A stretch of 64,000 nucleotides of DNA from Eledone cirrhosa (lineage: Eukaryota). Position numbers and translations under genes: made by a program. The DNA is taken from NCBI GenBank assembly GCA_964016885.1, contig OZ024742.1, positions 48,670,001 to 48,734,000 of the forward strand, given 5' to 3'. A model generated the notes under the pieces. That model saw nothing but the letters and a program-made list of their open reading frames with translations. It was not told the origin of the DNA and ran no database searches. Of the stretch, positions 43,901 through 56,988 are shown in pieces (the first letter of the stretch is position 1; each line of letters begins with the position of its first letter).

Positions 43901-44716
43901 ACGGAATTTAGAGATCCACAGACATGGAAGTGGTTGAGAAGAGGAGACCTCAAAAAGGCTACAGAAGGAATGCTAATGTTTGCGCAGGAGCAGGCCCTCA
44001 AAACGAAGTGGTTGAAGCACCATATTTACAAGGAGGAGGCTAGCCCACTGTGCAGGATCTGTGGAGAGAGAGAGGAGACTGTGGCTCACATTGTATCCGA
44101 GTGTAAACACCTAGCCCAGACCCACTATAAGGGCTGGAGACATGATGTGATGGGCAGGGTGATCCACTGGCACCTGTGCAAAGTAAACAATTTACCACAT
44201 TCTGAGAAATGGTATGAGCATAGGCCAGAGGCGGTGATGGAGAACGATCAGGTGAAGGTGCTGTGGGATTTTAGGATACAGACGGACAAGAAACTGGAAC
44301 ACAATAGACCTGACCTGGTGGTTGTGGACAAAGAAAAAAGATCGTGTCTGATTGTGGATGTGGCCTGCCCATTCGACACGAGAGTGCAAGAGAAAGAGAG
44401 GGAGAAAATTAACCGATACCAGGACCTAAAGTGGGAGTTGAAAAGGATTTGGAACTGCCATGAAGTCAAAGTGATCCCGATTGTCATAGGCGCACTGGGG
44501 ACTATCTCCAAAAGTTTCCAGAGATGTTTAAAGAAAATCGGCCCCTTCACGCTTTTTGGAACGCTTCAAAAGGCATGCTTGCTGGGAACAGCAAGAACCC
44601 TCCGAAACGTCCTGAATATCTGAGGCTGCAGGTAGTGGCTTTATATTCATTCCAGCGGACTTTCCAGTTAACCAACATCAATGACTGAGATTCAAGGAAT
44701 AACAACAATAATAATA
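40936..44716 (+). mobile_element. Near full-length Dong/R4-clade RLE non-LTR retrotransposon
   Basis: Single long ORF with RT, CCHC and RLE; (TAA)n(GAA)n on the 5' side and (AAT)n on the 3' side, consistent with Dong-type TAA-repeat targeting. Confidence 0.9.
41231..44623 (+). CDS. RT / zinc knuckle / restriction-like endonuclease polyprotein, about 1130 codons, with one in-frame TAG at 41582-41584
   Basis: ORFs 41231-41584 and 41612-44623 share a frame; WKSPGPDG, YRPITCL, IDYRKAFD, GIFQGDSLSPLLF, LFMDDL, CRICGEREETVAHIVSEC, RHD, RPDLVVVDK..IVDV..EK..RY. Confidence 0.92.
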
Positions 44717-44916
44717 NNNNNNNNNNNNNNNNNNNNNNNNNNNNNNNNNNNNNNNNNNNNNNNNNNNNNNNNNNNNNNNNNNNNNNNNNNNNNNNNNNNN
44801 NNNNNNNNNNNNNNNNNNNNNNNNNNNNNNNNNNNNNNNNNNNNNNNNNNNNNNNNNNNNNNNNNNNNNNNNNNNNNNNNNNNNNNNNNNNNNNNNNNNN
44901 NNNNNNNNNNNNNNNN
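44717..44916. other. Assembly gap (200 N)
   Basis: Run of N. Confidence 1.
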
Positions 44917-45440
44917 ATATTTTGGGGAGGGTCATATTATTATGATATTGCCAGAAATAATAATAGAACACACTCACTGTTTGGTTTGGATTGGTTTTCG
45001 CTACTGTATCTTGTATATCTCCATAGTTAATTCATCTGGCAATCATTATTTATCATCGATTGACCACCGGTTAAAAATACAGATATAAATATATATATAA
45101 TCTATCAAAGTTCTTTCGTCACACATCTGTGACATCATCAGTGGTACTATTATGTTTCGAGCTGTTTCACCTATGTATGCCGTTGTCATATTTCTGCAAG
45201 TACCTTCTGTACATCTTATGATATAGACTACATTTCTAGTTTTACAATTTATCCGGGGATTCATTCTACATATAACACATTTCTTATTCCTACAGTGGGT
45301 TTCCTTATTCTCTCTGATCAGGGATTTTATGGTAGTTCCTGGCTTTTCTACCACTTTAATCTTTAGATGGGTCTCTCTTAGAGCCTTTCTACATTGCTTA
45401 GCTAATTTCCCTCCACTAAATTCACTAAAAATAATTATCG
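44917..45440 (-). mobile_element. PLE 3' fragment (GIY-YIG start + hammerhead + terminus), related to 7098-9068
   Basis: ORF 45046-45495: IKVVEKPG, CRNKKCVIC..CKTRNVVYIIRC..YIGETAR; gggagggtcat terminal motif shared with 5423. Confidence 0.8.
45104..45145 (-). ncRNA. Type I hammerhead motif
   Basis: Minus strand: acca CTGATGA t GTCACA gatg TGTGAC GAAA gaac TT tgat; homologue of 8814-8856. Confidence 0.75.
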
Positions 45441-45618
45441 GATGGCCGTTGACTCTCCTAATTGCCCCCAACATTTGACAGGTGTTATGTTTCATCCCGT
45501 GGTCTATCCAAAATCCACATCCTCCCGAAGTAAGCTTTCTAGGCTTGCCGGTTTACTCGCCGACAACCCAACCATGCACAGGTCGTATTGTGTTACATCT
45601 TAGCAGTAGCCTGACATA

Positions 45619-45650
<32 letters not shown>

Positions 45651-45676
45651 TTGTGTGTGTGAGAGAGAGAGAGAGC

Positions 45677-45739
<63 letters not shown>

Positions 45740-45740
<1 letters not shown>

Positions 45741-48147
45741 TAATAATAATAAATTTAATATATATGAACACAGGGAGACAGAGACGATTATTAGGAAGAA
45801 AAATATATTTTTTTTCCTTTTGTGCTTCTCTCTCTCTCTTTTCTGGGTTAGAAAATGATTATAACGAAATGTTTTACTTTGTGTAAAGTGTTAAGGTATT
45901 AGTTGATTTATTTATTATTTAACAAAGGCATTTATTTATCTATTTATATATTCAATTATTGTCTATTACCGGTTTCAGCATTGTTATGCATTATCAAATG
46001 ATAGTGAAATGTATTAGTGTGGTGTCGCACATGTTAAACATAAGGTGCAGAAAGAATAATGTGTTTTACAAGCATAGTCATTGAAGTTAAGCAGATCAAA
46101 ATGTGTTAATATAGCAAGAGTGCTTAGTTGAACCATAATTCCATGATGGAGGAAAATGGTGGACTGAGGTTTGATATGATTTCCCTTTTTAGAGAGTTAA
46201 TATGCAGGAGGAAGCAATTCTTGCTGGATGATATTTAATTTATTTAAGAAAAGGATTAGGTAGGGTGTGAGGGAGGTAACTCTTGTAAATGTTTGATTGT
46301 TTGTTGCAGTTTTAGATTGGTCCGATTTTTAGAGCATAGAGTAGGGGTTGGAATTTATTAATGAAATATGTTTCCTTATTGGTACGATGAATGAAAGTAT
46401 CGTTGTCTATGAATTTGTAAATGGGAAAACATTTTTAAGTTTGGATGCTGGTTGTGAGCACAATTGGTGATATGTTCACTAAATGCAATCTTTCTGTATT
46501 CCTGTATTTTAATTTAATTTTAATCATACGTTGACGGAGGCTGTTTTTTGTCTGTGTTATGTAGTGCTCTTGACAATCTGAGCAGGTCAAAACATAGATA
46601 AGGTTTTCAGATGCACATGTAAAGTTGTGCTTAACTGTGAAACACTGCCCTTGTTTAAAATGGAATGTTGAACAATCTATTAGATTTATGCATATGCCAC
46701 AGCTGGGCCTTCCGCATTTTGTTACTGTAGGGTTCATTGTGAGGGTTTGTTGGATTTTAGCTTGTGTGCGGATGTTTTTTTATGGATTTAGGTTGTCTTT
46801 TGCTCTTTATGATGTTGTGTGTTTGGAGGATTTGTTCATTCTTTGGTCTCTTTTTAGTAAAGGAATGTTTTGGGGGATGGTGTCGAATGCCTCATTGTTG
46901 ATGGGGTTGTGTGTGGAGATGTATGGTAGAGTTTTCTGTTGCGGTTCATTCCTGGGTTTGAGGTGACTGAGTTCCTGGAATCCATTGGTGATTAGGGATG
47001 GTGGGTAGTTTCTGCTGACAAGTGTGTTTTGTAACTCATCTAGTCGTGTGTAGCATGTGTATTTATCGGAAACTTTTGTGCAGATCCTTCTGGCTAGGTT
47101 ATAAGCAATTGTCATTGTGTGTGTCTAGGGTGGCACGAGTTGAATGGAAGGTGTTGTTTGGAGTCTGTGGGTTTGTAGTATATGTCTGTTTCTATTTTCT
47201 TGCTTGTATTCTTATGAGGATGTCGGGGAAAGTGAGTTGTTCATGGCTGTAATCCATTGTGATTTGTAAGTTAGTGTTGAGCTCATTCAGAAGGGTTTTT
47301 AACTCAAACAGTCTATCTATACTTTCATGCCAGAGGATGAAGCAGTCGTCCAGATATCTCTTCCAGTTCTTTTCTGTGTTGGTAGAAGTGGTTGCCGTAT
47401 TTGTCTAGAACTTTGCGGTAGAGAATGGTTTCCAAATATCCCATGACAAGGTTGGCGTATGAGGGGTCCACTGTTGTGCCCATGGCAGTCCCAGATTTAT
47501 GTCCGTAATATTTGGCATTGAATTCGAAGAAATTGTTTTCCACGATGAATTTGAGTCCCTCCAACACAAATTCTTTCGGGGTGCGCTGTAGGAGTTCACT
47601 AAGGAAATTTTCCATCCAGAATTGTATTGCCTCTATACCTAGGTTGTGTGTGTGGTATTGGAATATAAATTAATGACATCAAAGTTTACTAGTAGGGTAT
47701 GTTCATTATTGAGTGTTGTTCGGAGGTGGTTGAGCATGTCAAGGTCGTCCCTTATGAAGCTTTTTATTCTTTTTTTCTTAGGTTTGGTTTTTGTTTATGT
47801 CTGTTTTTGTTTATGTCTGTGTTCGCAGAATTGATCGAGGAATTTATTCTTGCCTTTTAGTGGGGTGTAGTTGCTTCTATTTCTGGCTATTGAGTCATCC
47901 TCATTGTATTTGTCGTATAGTTGTTCGCTGAGTCTTAGTTTTCTACAGAATTCTGCAATATCTTCCTTCATTGCATCGTAGTTTGTTTGTTTGTTGGGGA
48001 GTTGGTGTAAATTTTAGACGTTTGAAGAGTATGTTGATTTGGTCTGTTATTACTTCTTTAGAGGTTAAATTTACAATTTTTATTGCATTTTGTGTCTCCT
48101 GGTTGTTTTGTGTTATCATGTAATCCTGTGTCTGTGTGCTGTGTCTA
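45740..48147 (-). mobile_element. Second Neptune-like PLE, frameshifted and internally deleted
   Basis: ORFs 47325-47615 (GTAMGTTVDPSYANLVMG), 46807-47115 and 46435-46737 (KCGRPSCGIC, NLIYVLTC) match 10587-12521. Confidence 0.85.
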
Positions 48148-48267
48148 AAAAGCAGTCAAATTTCCCTCAAATCACAATGAAGGATAACAAATATTCTATC
48201 AGCGCAATGACTATCTATCTTCACATCAATCTGTCAGCTTCTCTCTCTACCTCTGTCACTTTCTTTT

Positions 48268-48322
<55 letters not shown>

Positions 48323-48444
48323 GAAAAGAAAGTAACAGAGGTAGAGAAAGAGGCTGACAGATTGATGTGTAGATAGATAGTCATTGCGCTGATAGAATAT
48401 TTGTTATCCTTCATTGTGATTTGAGGGAAATTTGACTGCTTTTT
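48147..48444. repeat. Inverted repeat with ~123-bp arms and a (TA)n loop, fused to the PLE 5' end
   Basis: 48147-48269 is the reverse complement of 48322-48444. Confidence 0.9.
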
Positions 48445-49279
48445 CTAATAATTGTAGCGGCGCCGTAAAAGCTTCCTTTTTGGCTACTTAAAATTGTAAG
48501 AATTAGTACGTTGAAACTGTAACTTTAGATTTGTGCCATCAGCTACACACTCGTTAAAATTGGTCAGAGGCTCAGTGACTGAATTATTCTCTAACATAAT
48601 GTAATATTAGCCTGGAGCAAAGTGTGGTGGTAGAGGTCATAGAAGGCCGGATAAACTACCATTGATGTATTTGATTAAGGAAACTTTCTATAAAAACAGC
48701 AAGCGACAGATTTTTTTTTAAATTATTTTCCTATCCCAGTGATTGTGATTGTGGATCGGCAGAATCCTAAGTGCGAAGGACAAAATCTTTTTCAAATATT
48801 ATTTCAGACAGTTTACGTTCTAATTTCCGATTCAGTCATGTTTAATTTGCCTTTCGTCCTTCAGATAAATAAACATATTTCCCAAACTGTACAATAAACA
48901 GCTTTTACACACATTCTTTCCGAAAACAAAAGAAGCAAACTTCCACTGTCACTGTGGCTGCCTCTTCCACTCTCCCCATCTCTTACTATTCTAAGCTAGC
49001 TGGAACCCACGAGCTGGCTGCTCCGTGGCCTTGGTGGACAGAATAGAGAAGGCTTTTTCCAGGTGGACGGTGATGGAGACGCGCTGGAATATGGTTTTAT
49101 ATACGCCTCTATTCTGAATTTCTCTGTGTTAGTACTACAGTTAATTAACACTAGACCTTCAGTTTTGCACTATATACAAATAAGTATCTCCTTAAATATA
49201 TTATTTGCAAAACTTTATGTATACGCAACCAGCCCATTTGCCTCAGTACCGAGAAAGTAAACGCCACCGTTGATGAAAT

Positions 49280-49460
49280 AATTGTTTCTACTTTTGGCAC
49301 AAGGCCAGCAATTATCCCAGTGTATTACTGGTACTTTATTTTATCGACCCCGTAAGGATGAAAAGGCAAAGTTAACCTCGGCGGGATTTGAACGCAATCC
49401 GTAAAGGGACGTAACTCTGCTGCAAAGCATGGCGCCCGACCCTCTACCGATACTGCTAAG
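49280..49460 (-). mobile_element. tRNA-derived SINE
   Basis: Reverse-complement consensus. Confidence 0.85.
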
Positions 49461-49707
49461 CCAGCATGAAATATTATGGTATATGGCGTTCTATATGATT
49501 ACTGAAGCATATATATATATATATATAAATGTGATATGTTTAATTTATCCAAGGCAAAACTTATGTATGTATATAATATATAAAGGTACTGTTTTTGTTT
49601 AGGGTTTAATATACTGCCCTGATTTTCATTCAAATTCTGTTACTGCTACTGCTAAGTAATACCAGCACGTTAAATTTGCTGCCACCATGTTATTTGGAAA
49701 ATAATTC

Positions 49708-49813
<106 letters not shown>

Positions 49814-50710
49814 CAGTGTCTGTGTTTATGTGTGTTGGTGTGTAGAGACTAATATTGATTTCTAATTTAAGCACAAAGCCTACGAAGACAGTGAGAAGGG
49901 ATAAATCTTATACCTCAATTGACTGTTGCTGTAATTAGGTGACCTATGTAAGATAAAGGCTGAGATTTCAACTCAGAATATAAAAGTCTATAACTAAAGG
50001 CTGCTAATCAAATTCTCCGAAATTTTAATGATTCAGACTCTGTCAATTTTCACTGTATCAAAATTAATTTCTTTAATACGCTATCGTACAGTGTGTGTAT
50101 ATGAGTGGTTATGACTGTAATTATATGAGTTTGTATGTATAGATGTATGCATGTATGTAACCATCCAAGCATGCATACGTGTATGTATCTATATGTTTGG
50201 ATACATACATACACACAAAAACACACACACACATATATATATATATATTAGAAAGTGAGGTTTTTTTTACAAAATGAAAAATAACAGAGGTGTCCTACAC
50301 GAGTGAAAGTATAAAGAAAAAAAAATTAAAAGATGAAATCGAAAATGCAACTGGAGTCTTATTTAAAAATATATATATATATTTATTTGGTTCCTTTACC
50401 GGTTTCGCAGTTCTTCTGCTTTTCAAGAGTAGAGTTGAGATGGAGGATCTGTGGTTTTTCTCACATCATATATATATACATATATATATGTACTTACACT
50501 TTTATGATTGGATATGTGTAAATGCATATATTAGTATATACATGATTATATATATATATATATATAAGTGTGTATACGTACATACATATATGTATACAGA
50601 CGTACAGTAGTATGTATATACATACTTACATGCATATATATATATATATATATATGTACGTATAGGTTTACCGAACATTTATAAGAGTGAGAAATGAAAT
50701 TTCATTTTTT

Positions 50711-50778
<68 letters not shown>

Positions 50779-50782
<4 letters not shown>

Positions 50783-51078
50783 ATATTAAATAAATGTAAA
50801 CTATATTCATAAAACCATATTTATTCTATTATATATATTTCAAAGGTACGCTAATATCAGATAAATATAAAACATTTTATATTTTATCTGATGATAGCGT
50901 ACCAAAATGTTGGTACCCTTGAAATATATATAATAGAATAAATATGGTTTCATGAATATAGTTTCCATTTATTTAATATCATTTTATATTATACTCCAGG
51001 AATAACTGTTGAGTGCTCTGAATCTGTTATAAACATTTATATTTGTTGATTTACCAACAAATTGACTGTCCCTTCTGG

Positions 51079-51135
<57 letters not shown>

Positions 51136-51372
51136 CAGAAGGGATATTCAATTTGTTGGTAAATCAACAAATATAAATGTTTATAACTGATTCAGAGCAC
51201 TCAACAGTATTTCCTGGAGTATAATATAAAATGATATTAAATAAATGGAAACTATATTCATGAAACCATATTTATTCTATTATATATATTTCAAGGGTAC
51301 CAACATTTTGGTACGCTATCATCAGATAAAATACAAAATCTTTTATATTTATCTGATAATAGCGTACCTTTG
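50779..51372. mobile_element. Doubly folded-back hammerhead-bearing terminal fragment
   Basis: 50779-50870 is inverted at 50875-50982; 50841-51080 is inverted at 51133-51372 around (TA)n; relative at 60347-60555. Confidence 0.8.
50881..50935 (+). ncRNA. Hammerhead-like motif (mirror copy on the minus strand at 51278-51332)
   Basis: ttat CTGATGA tagc GTACCAA aatg TTGGTAC cctt GAAA TATA TA taa; base of stem II and stem I imperfect. Confidence 0.55.
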
Positions 51373-51641
51373 GATTTGTACGTGTGTTATTTAGTTATAG
51401 AGGTATTTATTTACGCTTTTATTTATATGTTTAATTATCGTGTCTATAGTCTGCCTTTCATAGATTATAGTTTCCATACACTGGTGGTTTTTTTTTCCCT
51501 GTTTTATTGATAACGCACTGTATATCTCTCTCTGGTGTGTTACCTTTTCAACATATCATATTTTAAAGAGCTCAAGATTTCTTCTCCTTTGAGCACATTA
51601 TTTACAGGGAATGGCGAGGGCCTATGGCTCCGTTAATTTAT

Positions 51642-51687
<46 letters not shown>

Positions 51688-52564
51688 AAGGGCTTATGCT
51701 CAAAACGTCGTTCCCCACCACCACCCCACTCTCCAGAGCGTGAAATTAATAAACATTCGCTGTACTGCCTCTCTGTTTTGTTCCTGTTCAAATTTTCCAT
51801 TATATATATATATATATACATATATAATCATGTATATACTCATATATACATTTACACACGGCCAATCATAAATGTAAATATACATGTATTTGAGAGTATA
51901 GGAATCTAAACAATATATAGACTTCGCAATGACCATAATGGAGTAACAACCTATGTTATAAAATAGTATACATGTGTGTGTGTGGTTTAATGTGCGAGTT
52001 TGTGTTTGCGTGCGGGTCTGTATGTATGTCTGTTTAATGTGTGTGTCTCCGTGTTTGGATGTGTTTATGTGTTAGCGTGTTTGTAAGTCTGTATTTGCGT
52101 GTTTATGTGTAAGTATCAAAAATCTAAATCTGTAACAGTTAATTAGACAGTGATTGTCACTAGGAATTACAATATTTTGATATTTAGATTATATCTTTAT
52201 ATATCATCATACCGATGTTCAATTATACCAATCTTAATTACATTTTTTCTTTATTTTAGATTAAATGAATTAAAGAAGTTAGATTTGTAATATTTCATTA
52301 AACTAATAATTAGATATCTTCTTACATTTTTTTATCTTTCTTGCAGTATAATCACGGAGTTTTATTGACGTTTTTGAGTAGACAGACTAAAGTGTGTAAG
52401 ATTTACATTATTAATACATTTGAGGCGGTTTTCTAGTAGAGATGGCTAAAGCAAAGGAAAGATCTAAAGAACCAAAGAACGTGTCATGGGAATTAGAAGA
52501 AATTCTGTAATTAAAATATGTTAAGAGTACAAGTGAGAAATGTGGCTGGGATTATTTCTACATA

Positions 52565-52765
52565 ATGGTTTCTAATTTGAGCACATACCCAGCAATCTGA
52601 GGGGAAAGAAGAATCGGTTGAATCGAACCTCGTACTTGACTAATAGTTCAATTTATTGAGTCCGAAAGATTGAAAAGCAAAGTTGACCTCGATGGGATTT
52701 GGACACAGGACGTAGATGGCTGGAAGTATTGCTGCAAGCGAATTTGCTCGTTGTGTTAACAATTT
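52565..52765 (-). mobile_element. Diverged SINE
   Basis: gaaagattgaaaagcaaagttgacctcgatgggatttggac. Confidence 0.6.
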
Positions 52766-53029
52766 CTTTCTTATATAAGATCGACTGAGCCTTATACAAT
52801 CCTAATAGGTTGCGAATAGAAGTGTTGTGTTGTTGTTTTACATAGTAACAGCGTTAGTTATACTCAAGTTTCCTATATTATTGTCCATGATTTTCCCAGT
52901 CACTACAGTGACATTATCGACGTGCTTCTTGAAGGATGATGAGTGTCTGCGGTGATGTTCCAAGATACGGGTGAGTATTGGCCGAATCGTGTTGCTGATT
53001 TGAAATTTATCCCATTTGATAAATGAAAA

Positions 53030-53205
53030 TAATTGTTTCTCCTTTTGGCACAGGCCAGCAATTACCTCAGCGCATTACTGGTACTTTATTTTATCAACCC
53101 CGTAAAGATGAAAGGCAAAGCAAACCCTGACGGGATTTGAACTCAGAATGACAAGGGCCGTAACTCTATGCGTCAAAGCATGGCGTCCGACCCTCTACCA
53201 ATCCA
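53030..53205 (-). mobile_element. tRNA-derived SINE
   Basis: Reverse-complement consensus. Confidence 0.85.
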
Positions 53206-53219
53206 CCATAATGAGTAGT

Positions 53220-53530
53220 AAGTATGAGAGACTGGATCCCAGAGGTTGATCTGACGTTTCTAAGAACTGTCTCTTTTGGTTCCAGATCACTTCATGACAT
53301 CTCACCTAACTCGAAACTCTCAGCCTCTACATCCGGATGCCGTTGTTGTTCCACAAGTAAGGAAATATTTCTACTCTCGTAGCTTTTGTTCTCGAACTGC
53401 CAGTCTTGGGAACTCTTTATCCTCTCATTGTTTTTTGTTTTCGTTTCTTTTTGGATCTTATCATTTGATCTTTTTCAAATCGAAAGTACATGCATTCCTT
53501 TTGTCTTATTTTATCCCTTTTTAAATTGAG
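53220..53530 (+). mobile_element. CR1/Jockey-group LINE C-terminal fragment
   Basis: HP..V..YSRSFCSRTASLGNSL..F..YHL..FKSKV resembles the SF.PRT..LWN.LP..FK..V tail of these LINEs. Confidence 0.55.
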
Positions 53531-54269
53531 TGGCTTCTCACTTTGTTTTGGGACTTATAAGAAACGTATGGTTGGGAATTCTAAATTAGGGCATGTTATA
53601 CGATGGTGGCGAAGGATTTGTAGCTATGAGAAGTGGTTAATATGAAACAGGGAAGGATGGAATAAATAATACAATGGATCAGTTGGTTGGTAGCCGGGAG
53701 AGTAATTAATGTGTGTATGTGTAAAGAGAGAGAGGGGGGGGGAGAACAAGAGAGGGGGAGAGAGAGAGAGGGAGATAGAGAGAAAGAGAAAGGGGGAGAT
53801 AGAGAGATAGAGAGAGAGAGTAAATGCCATGTCGAGACTGAAGGCATATTGTATTTCAGTGTATCGACTTTAAGTTGGAATCTTCAGGGTAACGGCATAA
53901 GATATGCTGAGGGGCAAAGAAAAGATTGAAAGTATAAGAATTAAGATGTAGGAGATAGAAAAATAACACGTATATGGGGTTCATTCCTGCTTCAAAACAT
54001 AATTTCCTCTGTTTGTGGGGGTGTTTTCTCCAACTGGATCAGAAACCTCAGGTTTGTTCATTGCTCTGTGGCCATCACTTGAGGACCTAACATTGAGAAG
54101 CTGTTTATAAATGCACGACAAAAGCATATAGTGGCTGCTGAGAGCTGAGATCACAGTTATATACCCCACCACTTATATTAAGTCTCACTGTGACGCAACC
54201 ATCTAATCGTTGATCCGCTTATAACCCACAAAGCACACTAAGTCATGTTAATATTCTAACACATTTTGT

Positions 54270-54830
54270 ATGTATATATACATATGTTTAATATATTTAT
54301 AAAGTAGTTAAATTTACACCACGTGAGACTAAAGAGCCACGAATCGGAACTAGAATCTAGAACCATGGAGAGCATCCTGAAAATAGCTAACTCTATCCAG
54401 CCGAGCCATAGTGTAACATTAGACCACACCACTAAACATTCCAACCATAGATTACCCATGTTGAACAGCGTAAAGCAAAGAATATAGATAATAGGCTAAG
54501 ATGTACAAAGAAAGGATGCAGAAACATGACAACGACATACATAGAGGAAAGCATTGTATAGGAGAGAGATTAACGGAACATTGTCGAGAATTTAAAGAAG
54601 AGAAAAGCTCATCAGTGCTATACCACCATGCCAAACAGGGATATTTGCAGTGAACGTGGCTTAATTTGCAAGTAAGTGTGTGGACTGACCATACATGTTA
54701 AAATACATGGAGACGCACCCCAGCCTATTTTACCGGAGGCACACAGTTTACGTGTCACAACAGTGAATGTACTTGCAAAACAAAATGGGTCTGAAATGTC
54801 ACATGCGTCCACAGGGTCATGCAATGTTCA
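54270..54830 (+). pseudogene. Decayed, internally deleted PLE related to 7098-9068
   Basis: ANSIQPS..VTLDHTTKHSNHRLPML (compare [17 protein letters not shown]) and IGERLTEH..SSVLYHHA. Confidence 0.6.
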
Positions 54831-54946
54831 ATGAAGGGATTGCACTCCTCTGACAAGACGTAGCAATCGACGCACACACACACACACACGCACACACACA
54901 CACACACACACACATACACACACACAGACACACCCACACACACACC

Positions 54947-54978
<32 letters not shown>

Positions 54979-55046
54979 CATGTGTATGCATACATATTAT
55001 TATACATATATATATAGTTATACATAGATGCGCGTATATATATATT

Positions 55047-55088
<42 letters not shown>

Positions 55089-55858
55089 TGTGTGTGTCTG
55101 ATTGTGTGAAATGGATGACATGACTCTTCTTCTATCATCAAACAACTCCGACTCCGATATACCGTTTTACTAAAGTTTTAATGACACAAGAATTTGTTTT
55201 TGTGAGCAAGAAATAATGTAATGCATTAAAACTCTCTAAATAAGAAAACAACACTTCGTCAGTGTATTAAATTGTGTCCACAAAGCGGGTAGGGATAACA
55301 TTCTAAACTGAACAACTAAATAACATGAGGTTACAAATCATGTTTTACTTAAATGCACTTATCACCAACATTTCAATATTCAATGAAACCAAACAAACTT
55401 ACCACTCACTAACATTAGATGTGCCGCAGATTAGATGTCCTCAAGTCTTTTTCCTTATCAGAAATCATATATATCGATGGAAAACTACCTTTGTTCTTTT
55501 GAATATCACAGAGTGAAGATGTTTTTCAATCAGCATTTATATGTTACACACATTTACAGTTCCATCAAAAGTGAAGTTTGTTTTTTGAAAGCTATACTTA
55601 TATTATATATTTACTCTTAAAGATTAATATAATGTAGTAAAGCGATGAAGCCAGAGAATGTGCGTGCAATTTTTTTTATATATAAATATATGTATACATA
55701 AATGTAAATACATATCTACATATGCAAGTACGCATGTATGTAAGCGTATATATACGTACTTATTTATGTATGTATATATATACATGTATATATTTATATA
55801 TATATATATAGATATATATATATAGATATATATAGATATATATATATATATACACAGA

Positions 55859-55941
<83 letters not shown>

Positions 55942-56219
55942 ACACACACACATATATATATATATATGTGTGTGAAACTGTGTTCGTAAAGTGTTAACTT
56001 TCTATTTCCTTGTGTGTCCATTTATATGCCCATGCATGTAAATATACATGATTTGAATATTAAATACTTGCACATTGATCTGAATAAATCTTATTGAAGT
56101 TCATGAAAGTGCATGGGAAAATATACACATTTTCACCAAGCACTAAAGTTGTATGTATCAACTAGTTTATGCAGGGACCGATACATAAATATATATTCAT
56201 ATATATATACATGGTGGCT

Positions 56220-56904
56220 GCCAACTCGTTTTCGAGTACGGCCACTACTTTATATCCATGTAGGAGAACCCCTACCGATGCGCTAAACAAGTGTGACTTT
56301 TTCATCCAGCCAGCGACTTGAAAACTCTGGTACAAACACTACACCTGTGACAATTATTGACACATAGTGCTGGGCCCATGGCACCATGTGACGACAAGTG
56401 CAGACAGATCTCCAGATATAAAGCAATGCCTGTGCCGTGAAGCTTTTATAGTTGGCAAAGGCACTGCACAAAGCCAGTCCCACTCTCTTAACCAAGATGA
56501 TATTTACCAAAAAGAATAACAAGTCAACATCATTGGATACCATCAGGGTTGCAAGTGTTATATCAGAGTTTTCCTTCTCCTAGAATTTTGCCTTAGGCAA
56601 AGGCTAAGGGTCATCCCTCCCGGTGATTTTGGATGGCCATTGACTCTTAAGAGCTCCTTTGCCATTTGACAGGTTTTGATTTTATTCCTGCATGATGTCC
56701 AAAGTCACCCTCCTCACCAGGAAACCTTGGTGGGGTTGCCAGTTTAGTCGCCAACGACCCGACCATGACACATGCTGTACTGGGATACATGTTACCAGTA
56801 GCACCAACTGGTGATCTGACATAATATATGCATATATATACATGTATATATACATACATGCAAACACGCATAAACACATATGCGCGTGCGCATACACACA
56901 CACA

Positions 56905-56988
<84 letters not shown>

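Noticed and set aside
41246-44550. Minus-strand ORFs over the Dong ORF (and similar antisense ORFs over RTE and PLE ORFs)
   Set aside because: Antisense shadows of the coding strand with no motifs
44678-45088. ORFs spanning the N run
   Set aside because: Artefact of the assembly gap
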